This document shows, one piece after another, positions 1 through 12,547 of a DNA stretch of 52,734 bases. How positions within the stretch are numbered: position 1 is the stretch's first letter; the number at the start of each line of letters is the position of its first letter. The stretch is from Callorhinchus milii. Taxonomy: Eukaryota. The translations under genes and the position numbers were made by a program. The stretch is from NCBI RefSeq assembly GCF_018977255.1, contig NW_024705345.1, positions 1 through 52,734 on the forward strand. Direction: 5' to 3'. Under the pieces are notes generated by a model. That model did no database searches. It had not been told where the DNA came from and was given only the letters and a program-made list of their open reading frames with translations.

Positions 1-924
1 CGACAAGGTTGTTGTTGTTGTTGTTAGACCGTATTTTTTGCAATACAAATATTGATACAGGAGAAACTGGATACAAGCACACTTTATATAAGCAATTTCT
101 GGTATAAGCAACATCAAACATTACACTGGTGGAGGGAGTTCAAGAGCAACTTCTGATACAGCACACTTCAGATATGAGCAAACCTTGCTTTGCTTCCAAT
201 AGGTGTGCCAATTTAATAATTATTAATAACAAAATGCCTTCCATCTCCTCTCAAACATTAGAAGGGGAACCCCCCAATAGCAGCTGTCCCTCTATGGCAA
301 AAAAGTGACTCAGAAGCAGCCTACTAAATAGGAATCCGTCTGCCAGTGGGGTGGTGATTGCTGCGTGTAATCCCAATTGAGAAATTTGTGATCCTTTTTG
401 AAAAATTTGGCAAATGTTGACGATGACGCCAGCGCACAACGTATGCCCACTCTTCAAAAGATGTCACGGGATGATAATTATTTTTTTACCCTTCTATCTG
501 GCAACAAAACTGACAACCTTTTTTACAAGGAGTCATGTTTACATAGACCACAATACTTGCAGCCATAATGCAAAAAAAAACACATAACTCTGATAATGTG
601 CACAAACCAATTATCATTTTTTTACTGGCAAATGAGGTTCCAATGATGTCACGGGATCTTTAAACGTCCACTGTGCAGCAGGCAGCACGTGCCTCACGAT
701 GTGTACACCCGCAGAACGAACCAGGGCTGTCGGATTCGGACCGCGAACCTCCTGCAAAGGCGGTTTTAGCGCTGGAATCACCCCATTTCACATTCTGCTG
801 TACATAGAACCCAGCCACCACTACACGGTACGTAACGCTGCTAGTGTAACACGTGGTGGTATACGATGCGGGAAATGGTGAGGTGCACAACCCATTGATT
901 GGCAAGGCATACAACCCAGGCCAT

Positions 925-1143
925 CTTTTTGGTTCTTTCAGCAGCCGTCCTCAGGTGAAGAACAGGTCTGTCGAGGAGACAGAGTCTGAATGACACGTCC
1001 TGGGCTTCAGGACGTATCATTCAGACTCTTCACCTGAGGACGGCTGCTTGCGTTGTGTCCGAAACGTCGTGAGAATTATGTTATTATGTTTTATTTTTAT
1101 TATTTTATTATTTCCATTCTACGTGAAAAAAGCTTTAAATCGA
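925..1143 (+). mobile_element. Small Penelope-derived fold-back insert
   Basis: Flanked by the perfect 12-bp direct repeat AACCCAGGCCAT (913-924, 1144-1155). Shares sequence with the Penelope pieces elsewhere in the window. Confidence 0.7.
1030..1072 (+). ncRNA. Minimal type I hammerhead ribozyme motif (Penelope-type)
   Basis: TCAC-CTGAGGA-C-GGCTGC-TTGCGTT-GTGTCC-GAAAC-GTC-GTGA. Confidence 0.6.
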
Positions 1144-1368
1144 AACCCAGGCCATGTTATGGTGTGTAAACCAGCCATGAGTAAAGCACAAACCATTGGT
1201 AAGGTACACACCCGAATAGCACGATTGGCTATGTACGGTGAGAAATACGTTCAACATACATACATACATACTTATTGCGCAACCTAAGCGCTGCGATAGT
1301 GTACAATGCCGAACATTGGTGGAGCAAAGGGGGCGCAAGGCAGGTAACCAGCAGGGCACAGTGCTCAC

Positions 1369-1458
1369 CACGCTGCTGTTGAGAAGCACCACTTGGTTGT
1401 AGTGAATCCAGCGGATGCTCGCCGCGTGTCCCCGCAGCGCGTTCGCCAGCGCCTCGCT
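1369..1458 (-). CDS. PROM1: Prominin exon SEALANALRGHAASIRWIHYNQVVLLNSSV
   Basis: ccgcag acceptor, gtgagc donor, 90 bp. Aligns with the L...A..I..IH...V segment. Confidence 0.82.
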
Positions 1459-1724
1459 CTGCGGTCACAGTCGCACGCAAACGTCGATCGTGAATCAAAT
1501 GTAAATCATCGCACACAACCAAACAGAGTTGACCAAACGAGTGCCCCACGTTCGTTAATAAACACATTTCTCCTGCGGAGGGAGCTGGTAGGAACGTTGG
1601 GTTGCTCGGTCAATGGCCTGCGGTCAACGGCGGCGTGGTGTATTCCGCAAATATGCCAGACTGTGAGGGCGGGCACAAGCCGGCGTGAGTAGGTTAAACG
1701 TTGAGTTTTATAAGGGCACCACGG

Positions 1725-1920
1725 GGTGACCAGCCCCTCCCACCCAGCCACACGCCCTCCCCCCCCCCCCACCCAGCCCTCCCCACCCAGCCACACAGCC
1801 CCTCCCCACCCTCCCACCCAGCCCTCCCACCAGCCACCCTCCCCTCCCCACCCAGCCCTCCCCACCCAGCCCAGCCCTCCCACCCCCCACCAGCCCCTCC
1901 TCCCCACCCAGCCCCTCCCT
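1725..1920. repeat. C-rich imperfect minisatellite (CCCAGCCCTCCCCA-like)
   Basis: Visible tandem pattern. It explains the Pro/Gly-rich spurious ORFs here. Confidence 0.85.
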
Positions 1921-2362
1921 GCACGACCGACACAATAATCCCCTGTGGGCTGGTGTAACCAGGAGGTTCCTACCAGTATAAACCAACTCTCTTAAATCAA
2001 ACTCTTGCTTTTCCCAGACTCTTTCCCCCCCCCCCCCCCGAGAGGTCAACACATGAATGAGATTAAGAATGCACTTTAAACATTCGTGCCATTTACGCTA
2101 ACTTTAAATAGTCATTCAGGGTCTTACCAGAAAGGCCACATTATGTACATAAAGCATTCAATAGGTTTTACACTGCAGCACTGTGAATTAGATTTAAAAA
2201 CATAACACGTTAGCTATGATTAAATCCCATATGCGTCTGCACACTTTAGTTGGCTCATTCCACACTTCAGCTGGGAAAACTGAGTGAAACCACATGCAGA
2301 TTTTCAAAGCATTGAAATAGAATAACTTGAGAAATGAAAGCGTACAGCTTGACAACACTCAC

Positions 2363-2433
2363 CAGGTGTTTAGCTTTTTCGCTGAGTTCATCGGCAAACA
2401 GAGCAGATCAACCTCGGAAATGCCTTTGTTGAG
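2363..2433 (-). CDS. PROM1: Prominin exon LNKGISEVDLL.FADELSEKAKHL with a 1-bp deficit
   Basis: cttacag acceptor, gtgagt donor, 71 bp. Homology switches frame near 2396-2398. Confidence 0.8.
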
Positions 2434-3872
2434 CTGTAAGGAAATTAAAAACACAAACTTTAACGTGCAATGTTCTAGACCAGGCGGCACGACATGCACA
2501 GCAGATAAAACCCACCCAACTATTTCAGCCAATATTTCCAACTGGACATTATGCAATCATTGAAGGCACATATCACGATGTCTAAGTGATGCAGTGGTTC
2601 AAGGGGTTTGGAAACGCTTGCTTTAGACAACTTGGCAGTGCAAATGTTCAGTCATGGACCATGGCTCCCACAAACCAGGGCTGTGGTATTTTCCACACAC
2701 TACAAAGACATTGATTGTTAATACTCCTTACCACCTCAGTGAGATATTCAATTAATCAACAAAGTGAGGACATCGCCCATTTATATTTCTGATTGTAATT
2801 TACGAAACAAAAAAAAACTTCCACGATGCATTCCCAAGTTGTGTTTTGTCCTTCTCAACGAATGCATCGTGCAGTTAAACTGCAGCGTGGGTTCCAGGAA
2901 CTGCCCTGCGTTTGGGTCCCTGTTGTTCACAGCCAGATGAGCCGGGACTACGAGCGAGGGCATCACGCTGATAGTTTATTATTACTACCGGCATCCATAT
3001 CGTCTTAGCAACACGATCTCCTCCCGCAGTGTCACGGCCATGAGAAGCATGCCCAGGACCCCTTGCCGTGGATATTTATAATGTTTCATTGCGGAGAGCG
3101 GCTATAATTCCACAAACCACCCCCCCCCCCACCACCTCCCGATCCTTTCAAAGCAAAAACAAAAACGGATGGGCACGTGTAATTATATTTTTCCAGAATG
3201 GAAGGCTACGTAAAAAAAAAAAGAAACTGCATTATACGTGTACACAAACACCAACATCATTACACAGCTTTACCCAGTAAATATGAAGTTTTTTTAAAAC
3301 TATTTAACAGCATGCCACCTTGCACCGATGAATGCTTCTCGTGTGTGAAGGAGAAGCCGACACCAGGTGGCAGGGGCTTCGTCCTGTACTGCCCTTCTCC
3401 CATCCACAGCTGTCCCCAGCCGTCTCAATCTCGCTCCCTCTTCCCGCCCGTGCTCTCCCTCACGTCTCCTCGATTAGCCCTCCCCTTCTCCTGTCACTGT
3501 TCCACTACCCTCCTATTGGTGGGATCCTTCCCCTGACACCCTACACACGTGTACAGGTGTAGTGGGTGACACCACGTCACGCGCGCCCTCGTAGAGAGCG
3601 GCGTCGCGGGACGTGACGTCAGGCGGGGGGCCGTGGGTGACGGTGACGTCATGCCCCAGGGGGGTATTTAAAGGGGGACCCGGGATGGAACCGGGGTTCG
3701 TCGGGGGTAGGAGTGGGGACTCGGGTAGGTGATCCTCACACGAGACTAGGGGAGGCTACTCCGCCGAGGTTGGGGTAGTCCCGGCCGGGGCAGGGTGGAG
3801 AGCCGAGTTAGCCGGGTTGTAGGGATCACGTACCCTGTCCCATGGGGAGTTGTAGGCTAGGCTGGTTTGTTC

Positions 3873-4679
3873 GGCGTGAGCTTTAACCACCTGGCGTGAG
3901 CCTTAACCACCTGGCGTAAGCCCTTAACCCCTGGCGTGAGCCTTAACCACCTGGGTGAGGCCTGGCGTGAGCTTCCTGCGTAACCCTTACCCTGGCGTGA
4001 GCCCTTAACCACCTGCGTACCCTTAACCACCTGGCGTCTGAGCCCTTAACCACCTGGCGTGAGCCCTTAACCACCTGGCGTAAACCCTTAACCACCTGGC
4101 GTGAGCCCTTAACCACCTGGCGTAAGCCCTTAACCACCTGGCGTGAGCCCTTAACCACCTGGCGTGAGCCCTTAACCACCTGGCGTGAGCCCTTAACCAC
4201 CTGGCGTGAGCCCTTAACCACCTGGCGTAAGCCCTTAATACCTGGCGTGAGCCCTTAACAAACCTGGCGTAAGCCCTTAACCACCTGGCGTGAGCCCTTA
4301 ACCACCTGGCGTGAGCCCTTAACCACCTGGCGTGAGCCCTTAACCACCTGGCGTAAACCCTTAACCACCTGGCGTGAGCCCTTAACCACCTGGCGTGAGC
4401 CCTTAACCACCTGGCGTAAGCCCTTAACCACCTGGCGTGAGCCCTTAACCACCTGGCGTAAGCCCTTAACTACCTGGCGTGAGCCCTTAACTACCTGGCG
4501 TAAGCCCTTAACCACCTGGCGTAAGCCCTTAACCACCTGGCGTGAGCCCTTAACAACCTGGCGTAAGCCTTAACTACCTGGCGTGAGCCCTTAACAAACC
4601 TGGCGTAAGCCTTAACTACCTGGCGTGAGCCCTTAACCACCTGGCGTGAGCCCTAACCACCTGGCGTGAGCACTTAACC
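3873..4679. repeat. 21-bp minisatellite (CCTTAACCACCTGGCGTGAGC), left half, about 38 units
   Basis: Direct tandem array. Confidence 0.97.
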
Positions 4680-5088
4680 TCTTTTTCCTAGCGTTGTTCC
4701 CGCTGTGGCGCAGGGCCGCTTTTCGGCATTGTCTTCTCCATTTGGCTCGGTCCAGGGCATCTTCAGGGGATACGTGACCGTCTTTATGTCTTCCTTTATT
4801 CGACCCATCCATCGCTTCTTTGGACGTCCGCGTGGACGGCGGCCCTCTGGCTCAATACGCATGGCAGTCTTGGCACTGATGACTCTTCACTTCGCATCAC
4901 ATGGCCGTACCACCGAAGCCTTGCCTCAAGCATCTTGTCCGCAATGGGGGCCACACCAAGTCGCTTCCGAACGTCTTCGTTCATGACACGATCCCATCGA
5001 GTGAGTCCGAGGCTCCATCTGAGCATCCTCATCTCCATGGTGTGGAGAGCTTGTTCGTGTTCAGTTGTGGCTGGCCAGCACTTGGATC
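4680..5088 (-). mobile_element. RTE-clade LINE, 3' part
   Basis: [35 protein letters not shown], with frameshifts. Continues in frame from 11849-12547 across the Gypsy insertion. Confidence 0.9.
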
Positions 5089-5657
5089 TGTAGGGGTGTT
5101 AGAGAGAGGGCCGTTATGTATGGCAGTCTATGGGAAAGAAACACAGTGGGCGGGGCTACGTGTGTGCACAGGGAGATGCCCTCTGCGACGTCCGAGCCAG
5201 ACACCCTGGGGGGGGCTGGTTTGGCGTTACGATCCCCCGGGGCCCCACCCCTCGAGGAGGGTTGGGTATAAAAGGGGACGTTATATGGGCTCGAGTCAGT
5301 TATGTTATAGTTAACTAAGGAAGACGGAAGACCGGCCAGATAGGCCCTGGACTCCCCCTGGAACGCCGCCCTTGTAAGGGCAGTACAGGCTGGAGACAGT
5401 GGCGTGGTCCCGGAACCAGAGTTAGTCCTCTGGGATTCCGGATACCGGCCCGACTTACCAGTGTCGGGCCAAGTAGCCTCCCCTAGCCCAGTAGTGGAGG
5501 ACTGTGAGGCAGGCTAGGACTTAGCTAGGAAGAGTATCCCTAGCTAGTCGGGTGAGGGGGCCGATACCCCCTCCAGTGCTGTATGTCACATACGAGCTTT
5601 GTTGAATAAATATCCGTGTGCCTCCACCTCGGGTCAAGTGTCTTCACCGGTACTTCA
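5089..5657 (+). repeat. 5' LTR (569 bp)
   Basis: Near-identical to the 3' LTR. Contains TATAAAA and AATAAA. Confidence 0.97.
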
Positions 5658-5659
5658 AC

Positions 5660-5672
5660 TGGTGTCAGAAGT
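5660..5672 (+). promoter_or_regulatory. Primer-binding site complementary to the tRNA-Leu 3' end
   Basis: TGGTGTCAGAAGT, 2 nt after the LTR. Confidence 0.85.
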
Positions 5673-5769
5673 AAAACTCGAACATGGACACACGGAATAC
5701 AGCGCGGACCAGAGTACCGCATGAGGAAGAGACTGCCGAGATCGTCGAGCCCGGACGGCTACACAAGAC

Positions 5770-8700
5770 ATGGTGCAGCCGGGGCCTGATGTCTCCTTAC
5801 CGGGGCATCTGAGTCAAGAAGGACCACAGTCAGACGCGTTGCGGCTGGCTCACGGGAGGCTGGCGGAACTGTTATATGCCGCTGCCGCCACGCTGGAGAC
5901 CATCACGCGGCTGGGGGCCGGTGATTCAGCACGGGGCGAGGCGGGCCAACGACCAGGGCGCCTTCCCGCCATTTCGGAGCAGCCCGAGTTTGAATCTCCC
6001 GCCATCGACGCTGCAGCTGTTCGGGGCGTGGCCAGCCTAAACATCCACTCCGGCATCGCCGTCGCTGAAGCCACGACGTCATCACCACCGCGACAGGCGA
6101 TCCCATCGGCCGCTCGTACCGACGCACAGCCGAGTGGAGGTGACATCCGCCCGCGGGAATCAACAACGACAGCTGCACTCCATCAGAGGCTGCCCCCGCT
6201 GAAAGAGTTCGTCGGCGCGGAGGGGGACTGGGCCGGGTTCCGCAGACGATTCCTCGCCCATCAAGAGATGGCGAGGTGGACAGACGAAGAGGCTCTCTGC
6301 GCGCTGCCGGCGCTCCTCGACAGCGACGCGCTTGCAGCCCTCACTCGGCACCAAAAGAAAGGCGGGCGACGTTACCGATGGCGCTGCAACTGCTGGGAGG
6401 GGTCTACGGACCTTCGGCGGAATGCAGACAGGAGTTCTACGACCGCAAGCGGGGTGAAAAGGAGTCGCCCCTGGCGTACCGAACGAGCCTCCTGGCGATG
6501 GCCAAGTCGGCCTTCCCCCGTATGGATGACGACGGCATCGACGCTATGGTGACGGAGAAAATACTCCTCCTGGCTGACGACCTTGACATCGCTGTCGTCG
6601 CACAGGAGGACGCGGAAATGACATCGCTCCAGGCGGCGCGGCTCCTCCACGCAAACCTCCTGTCGCTCCGGCGGAAAGCCAGCAGGGCATCGGCGGGGCG
6701 TGCGGTGGCTGCAGCCACCCTTCCGACGGAGGAACTCTACGCCGTCGACCACCGACGGCAACAGGCGACGAGTGCACGGCCGGGCCAGGACGGGTCGGGC
6801 CGTTCCGACCATTCGTCACCTCCGACGCCGCTCCCACGGTGTTTCAACTGCGGCGTCCGGGGCCACGTCGCCTCGGGGTGCCGCTCTCCTCGTCAGCGCG
6901 GGACGACACCTCACCGGGACGACGGGCCTCATCCCAAGCTCCACCATCAAAAACCGGCGAGTCGCGGCACCCCACACGTTTGGCCCACACATACACCCGT
7001 CACGCACTCAAACACCACAACGAGAGGGGGGCCGGTATCACGCACCATCGCACCATCACGCACCGCTCCGGGTACCCATATCGAACCCGGCCAGTGGTCC
7101 GTGCTGGCCGATCGTGTGGTAGCCGCATCGTCGGGGTCGTCGGCCGTTGTGGGGTATATCGACGGGGTTGAAGTGCGCATCCTGGTCGATACGGGAGCAT
7201 CGGCGACTATTATTTCGGAATTGATTTATAATATTCTCCCTGTCCGGAGTCGTCCCTTGATGCCTGTTGACATACCATTCTATGCGGCTAACGGGGGCTC
7301 ACTTGGCATCATCGGACAAATTCGTGCCCAAATTTGTATCGGGGAAATAAAATTGTCTGGGCCGATTTTTGTTTCTTCCTCGCTGGCGGTTCCGTGCCTG
7401 CTGGGGACGGACTTCCTGGCCAAAATGCCGATTGTAATTTTGATCGACCAGGGTTGTATAGAGCTTCCGTCAGGCAGACGCATGGCGTTTCTGCATCACC
7501 AGTACGATTCGGACGGCGTGCGCGACGGTGCCGGCGTTCGTGGAGAGGACGGTACGCGTCCCTCCGGGGACGCAAATGTTGGTACCCTTGAAACTTCGGC
7601 GGCCCCTCGTTAAGGGTGCTGGGGCACAAGGGGTACTGTTGGGACCGTCTAGGGCCGGGGTTAGTGGACCGACTTACTTCCGGCCCAGACCATAGTGAGA
7701 GGGGATGGTGAACCCTTCATCGCGGTCCTAATGTGGGCTCGCGACGGTGGTGGTCCCACAGGGGACCGTGCTTGCTCACGCAACGCCGGTGCCGTGTGAG
7801 GAACCCGCCGTAAATCGCGTCTACACTGTCCCTGCGTCGCGACCGCATTCGGACAGCGATGAAGGGTGGCTCGAGGCGCTTTGTGCGGGATCGACGGACC
7901 TGTCCGATTCGGAGCGTCAACAACTTAAAACACTACTGCGAGAATTTTCCGACGTTTTTAGTCGAAATAAATATGATTTGGGTTGCACTCACTTGCTGCG
8001 TCACCATATTGACACGGGTGACAGCGCGCCAATTCGACAAAATCCGTTTCGGTTGAGTCCCGCCGAAAAGGACCATGTCAAATCGGCTGTTGATGACATG
8101 TTGGCCGCAGACATCATTTCTCCTTCCACCAGCCCTTGGGGAGCGCCGATCGTCCTGGTTAAAAAGCAGGACGGTTCGTTGCGGTTTTGCGTTGACTTCC
8201 GGCGTCTTAATAAAATTTCGGTTGCCGACGCATACCCGCTCCCTCGGATGGATGAATCGCTTGACGCCTTGGCGGGAGCGCGATTCTTTTCCACACTCGA
8301 TTTACTTTCGGGATTCTGGCAGCTTCCTCTGGATGATGAGTCAAAGCCTAAAACTGCTTTTCGTACACCGCACGGCTTGTTTCAATTCAACCGGTTGCCG
8401 ATGGGCTTACACTCAGCGCCGGCAACTTTCCAGCGTTTAATGGAATTGGTTTTGGCTGGACTGCAATGGGAGTCGTGCCTCATTTATTTGGATGACGTTA
8501 TCGTCTTTGGTAAAACTTTTGATGAACATCTCCAGAGGTTGCGGGCGGTTTTCCTAAAGATGCGGGCTGCTAATTTGAAATTCAAGCCCCAAAAATGCCA
8601 TTTGTTGCGTGATTCGGTGCGTTATTTGGGGCACATCGTGGGACGCTCAGGTATTGCTACCGATCCCGCCAAAACGCAGTGTGTCAGCTCCTGGCCGACT

Positions 8701-10934
8701 CCCACCTCGGTGGGAGAGGTCAGGAGTTTCATTGGGTTCGCGTCGTATTATCGACGGTTTGTTGCTGATTTTGCAACAATTGCTAAACCCTACACGCTTT
8801 AACATCTAAAGGGGTTCGGTTCCACTGGGGTCAAGAGGAGGAGGCTGCGTTCCGCTCCCTTCGGGACGCCCTGGTGAAAGCCCCTCCCTTGATTTACCCT
8901 GATTTTTCGAAGCCCTTTTTGCTCGACACCGATGCGAGCAACACGGGTATTGGGGGTGTGCTTTCCCAGGTGGTTGATGGCGTTGAACGGGTGGTCGCGT
9001 ACGGTAGTCGGGTGTTGTCTCCTGCGGAGCAAAGATATTGTGTCACCCGTAGAGAACTGTTGGCAATTGTCTTTTTCATCCAACAGTATCGCCCATATCT
9101 GTACGGTCGGCATTTCACCGTCCGCACAGATCATGCGGCATTACAGTATGCCCTGCGAGTTCAACAACCATCGGGACAGTTGTCTCGATGGTTGGAGGTT
9201 CTCCAGGACTTTGATTTTGAGACCACCTACCGTAAGGGCGTTCGCCATACCAACGCGGACGCTCTGTCACGCATGCCAACCACCCGGAATGTGCATGCCT
9301 CCTGGGGTCGGGACGTTGCAGACCTTCAGAGGACGCATCGGTTCCGATCCTGGCAGCCACCGACGACGACAAACCACTGCCTGAAAATTCGATCGAACAA
9401 CAGGGAAGAGATTCCCTGTTGGGGTTGCCCGTCACTGAGTGGGGGCGCCTCCAAATGGAGGATACCTCCCTCCTAGGGTGGCGTCGTCGCGTCGGGGGTG
9501 CTGGGCGGGTCAAAGGTGATTCAGGTGCATGGGAAATGGTGCAGGGTCTGCTCATGCATTGGGACGGCAAATCACAGCGACATCGGCTGGTCGTCCCTTC
9601 TGAGTTGCGAGGCAAGGTGGTGTGGGCCGCGCATGAGCGCCTGTTACACCTGGGGACCCTAAAGACCCTTGCACTGATACAACTGGATTTTTTCTGGCCT
9701 GGTATGACAAGGATGTTGGGGATCTATTGAGTTCATGCCCGCGGTGTGCGCAACGGAAACCGCCGGCACGGGAGTCTAACCCGCCTTTACAATCGATCAA
9801 GGTGTCCAGAATAAATGAGCTTGTCGCGCTGGACATCTTAGGCCCATTTCCCGCCACCCCCAGGGGCAATAGGTATTTGCTACAGGAGTCGAGTATTTTA
9901 CGCGCTGGCCCATGGCCTGGCCCCTTGCCAACCAGTCGGCAGCAGCCATCGTGGACGCCTTTGTTCAGGGATACGTCCTGGACAAAGGTGCTCCGGAACG
10001 GCTGCTGACCGACCAGGGTAAAATTTTTCCAGCAAATTGCTTAAACAAGTCTGTGACCTCTTAGGCACAAAGAAAATTCGGACCTCCCCGTATCACCCAC
10101 AGACTGACGGATGGTCGAGCGCCTGCATCGCACCATTTCGTCAATGATGGCACAGCAGGTCTCAGATTCACAGACGATTGGGATCTGCATATTCAGGGGG
10201 TCTTGGCGGCATACCGGATGGCACCCCATGCAGCTACGGGATTTTCCCCCTTTTACCTTATGTACGGTCGCGAACCCGACCCACCTGTTCGCGCCCAGCT
10301 GCAGATCCCCGACCCGCAGGGAAAAACTAAATTGGCTGACCACGTCAAATTTAATCTGGCTAAATTAACAGAGGCGCGGGATGCTGCGAGGTTGAACTCG
10401 GACCTCCGTCAAAAGGCGAACGAGCGCCTCAGGCTGGGTCGGGCGCATGTAATACAGTGGAAACCGGGGGACAGGGCATGGTTGCACTGTCCCCAAGTAC
10501 CTCTGGCTACCTCCCCTAAGCTGGCGCGGCCGTGGCGGGGCCCCGTGGAAGTGGTCGAGGTCTTGCGACCACAGTGCGTGCGCATTCGATGGGGGAAGCG
10601 GCGATGGTTCGTGCACCCCTCTCGGTTGAAACCCTTCGTCGCGGTACACAAACCCACTTCACGCATGCGCGGCCAGACGTGTGGGGGGTCGACCGACTCA
10701 CTAGGTCCGTCTCCACCGCGCTACCTAATGCCTTGCCGGCCGTGCCACCTCCAGGTGCATCGAGATGACGGGCTCACGCCCGATCACCCCTTCTGGGATA
10801 CCAACAGTCATGCGGCTTCAGAGGAGGCCTCGCTCCGGGACGGACGATTACCACCTGACGGTCCGCCACCCGGGGTTTCCCCGTGTGAGGGGCCCGCCGC
10901 GAGGACACGCGCAAAAATGCGCAGACTGTTGTGA
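5770..10934 (+). pseudogene. Frameshifted Gypsy gag-pol
   Basis: CCHC knuckle CFNCGVRGHVASGC, protease LVDTGA, RT YLDD, RNase H DTDAS/ELLAIV/NADALSR, integrase HHCC, DILGP and GFSPFYLMYGREP. Spread over several frames. Confidence 0.95.
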
Positions 10935-11265
10935 AACCGCAAGATGTGTATATATGTTGTGTTCATTGTGTGTTGTGCGGGGGGGGTGTGTTCCCTGCCC
11001 ATAGAATTTACATACGTTGTGCTCACCTGCTGTTGTGTGTATGGTGGCTTCCCTGCAAATTGTATATAGCTTGTTTCTTACGGAATTCGTATTTATTCAA
11101 GGGGGGTGCGTCGGGTTGTTTTCTCTTCTTGCTGTTGCATTTTGTTGTGTTCTTGTTGCCGTTCTTGTTATTGTTGAAAATTAGTGAGGCACACGCGCGG
11201 TTACGGTATAAATTCATTTTTATTGTCATTTGTATGTTGGCAGCCGGGACGGCTGCGAGCTATGC

Positions 11266-11277
11266 AGGGGGGAGTGA
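11266..11277 (+). promoter_or_regulatory. Polypurine tract
   Basis: AGGGGGGAGTGA immediately before the 3' LTR. Confidence 0.8.
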
Positions 11278-11848
11278 TGTAGGGGTGTTAGAGAGAGGGC
11301 CGTTATGTATGGCAGTCTATGGGAAAGAAACACAGTGGGCGGGGCTACGTGTGTGCACAGGGAGATGCCCTCTGCGACGTCCGAGCCAGACACCCTGGGG
11401 GGGGCTGGTTTGGCGTTACGATCCCCCGGGGCCCCACCCCTCAAGGAGGGTTGGGTATAAAAGGGGACGTTATATGGGCTCGAGTCAGTTATGTTATAGT
11501 TAACTAAGGAAGACGGAAGACCGGCCAGATAGGCCCTGGACTCCCCCTGGAACGCCGCCCTTGTAAGGGCAGTACAGGCTGGAGACAGTGGCGTGGTCCC
11601 GGAACCAGAGTTAGTCCTCTGGGATTCCGGGTACCGGGCCCGACTTACCAGTGTCGGGCCAAGTAGCCTCCCCTAGCCCAGTAGTGGAGGACTGTGAGGC
11701 AGGCTAGGACTTAGCTAGGAAGAGTATCCCTAGCTAGTCGGGTGAGGGGGCCGATACCCCCTCCAGTGCTGTATGTCACATACGAGCTTTGTTGAATAAA
11801 TATCCGTGTGCCTCCACCTCGGTGTCAAGTGTCTTCACCGGTACTTCA
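11278..11848 (+). repeat. 3' LTR (571 bp)
   Basis: By eye it differs from the 5' LTR by 2 substitutions and 2 single-base indels. Confidence 0.97.
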
Positions 11849-12547
11849 GATCCATAGAGTGCCACCGGTCGGACGATGGTCTTGTAAATTTTTCCCTTCA
11901 GCCTATCCGGCATTTTCCTATCACAGAGGACTCCGGTGACTGTCCTCCACTTCACCCATGCCGCATTGACTCGTGACCTCACATCAGTCGTGATGCTACC
12001 ATCTGAGCTGATGGTGGAGCCCAGGTACTTAAAGTCCGTCACTTTCTTCAGATCTTCTCCGTCAATGCTGATGGTGCCGTCGGTTTGGGGGCCACACTCC
12101 ATATACTCTGTCTTTTTGATGTTGAACCTCATCCCGTTTTCGTCCAAACGTTCCTTCCACAGGCGCGTTTGTCTTTCCACTTCTCCTCTCTTTTCATCTG
12201 AGAGGAGGACGTCATCCGCGTAGAGAATTGACCATGGCAGGGGCGTGTGCAGGTCGGCAGTGATTGTGTCCATGCACAGGATAAACAGGAGTGGTGACAG
12301 GGCCGATCCTTGGTGCACTCCAACGCTGATGGGAAATGGCGGTAATATGCCCACTGCACACCTGACTGCACTGGTGACGTTCTAGTATAGGAGTTGCACC
12401 CAATGCACGTAGGTTTCAGGGACTCCATGGGATCGAAGCGAGTGCCAGATGAGGTCGTGGGGGACCCTGTCAAATGCCTTTTCAAGGTCGAGGAACGACA
12501 CGTGCACAGCTTTGTTCTTCTCTCTGTGCCTCTCCAGCAGGAGCCTC
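11849..12547 (-). mobile_element. RTE-clade LINE, RT portion, 5'-truncated
   Basis: FLDLEKAFD, GVHQGSALSPLLF, YADD, FKYLGS, PVALYGS. One internal stop. Confidence 0.92.

Larger units (their letters stand above)
5089..11848 (+). mobile_element. Full-length Ty3/Gypsy LTR retrotransposon
   Basis: TG...CA LTRs at 5089-5657 and 11278-11848, TSD GATC (5085-5088, 11849-11852), PBS, PPT, and gag-PR-RT-RH-IN domain order. Confidence 0.97.

Noticed and set aside
260..780. SINE-like fragments (also near 19745-19960)
   Set aside because: Shared short motifs suggest old repeats, but boundaries and family cannot be supported by eye.
3340..3549. About 200-bp segment with roughly inverted ends (mini-LTR or MITE)
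   Set aside because: No matching TSD and the ends are imperfect, so it cannot be classified.
3873..4679. Telomere-like array (CCCTTAA resembles CCCTAA)
   Set aside because: The period is 21 bp and the unit is better explained by LTR sequence.
10931..11503. Hydrophobic 190-aa ORF as a possible env gene
   Set aside because: It comes from the T-rich 3' UTR and runs into the LTR. No env features are recognisable.
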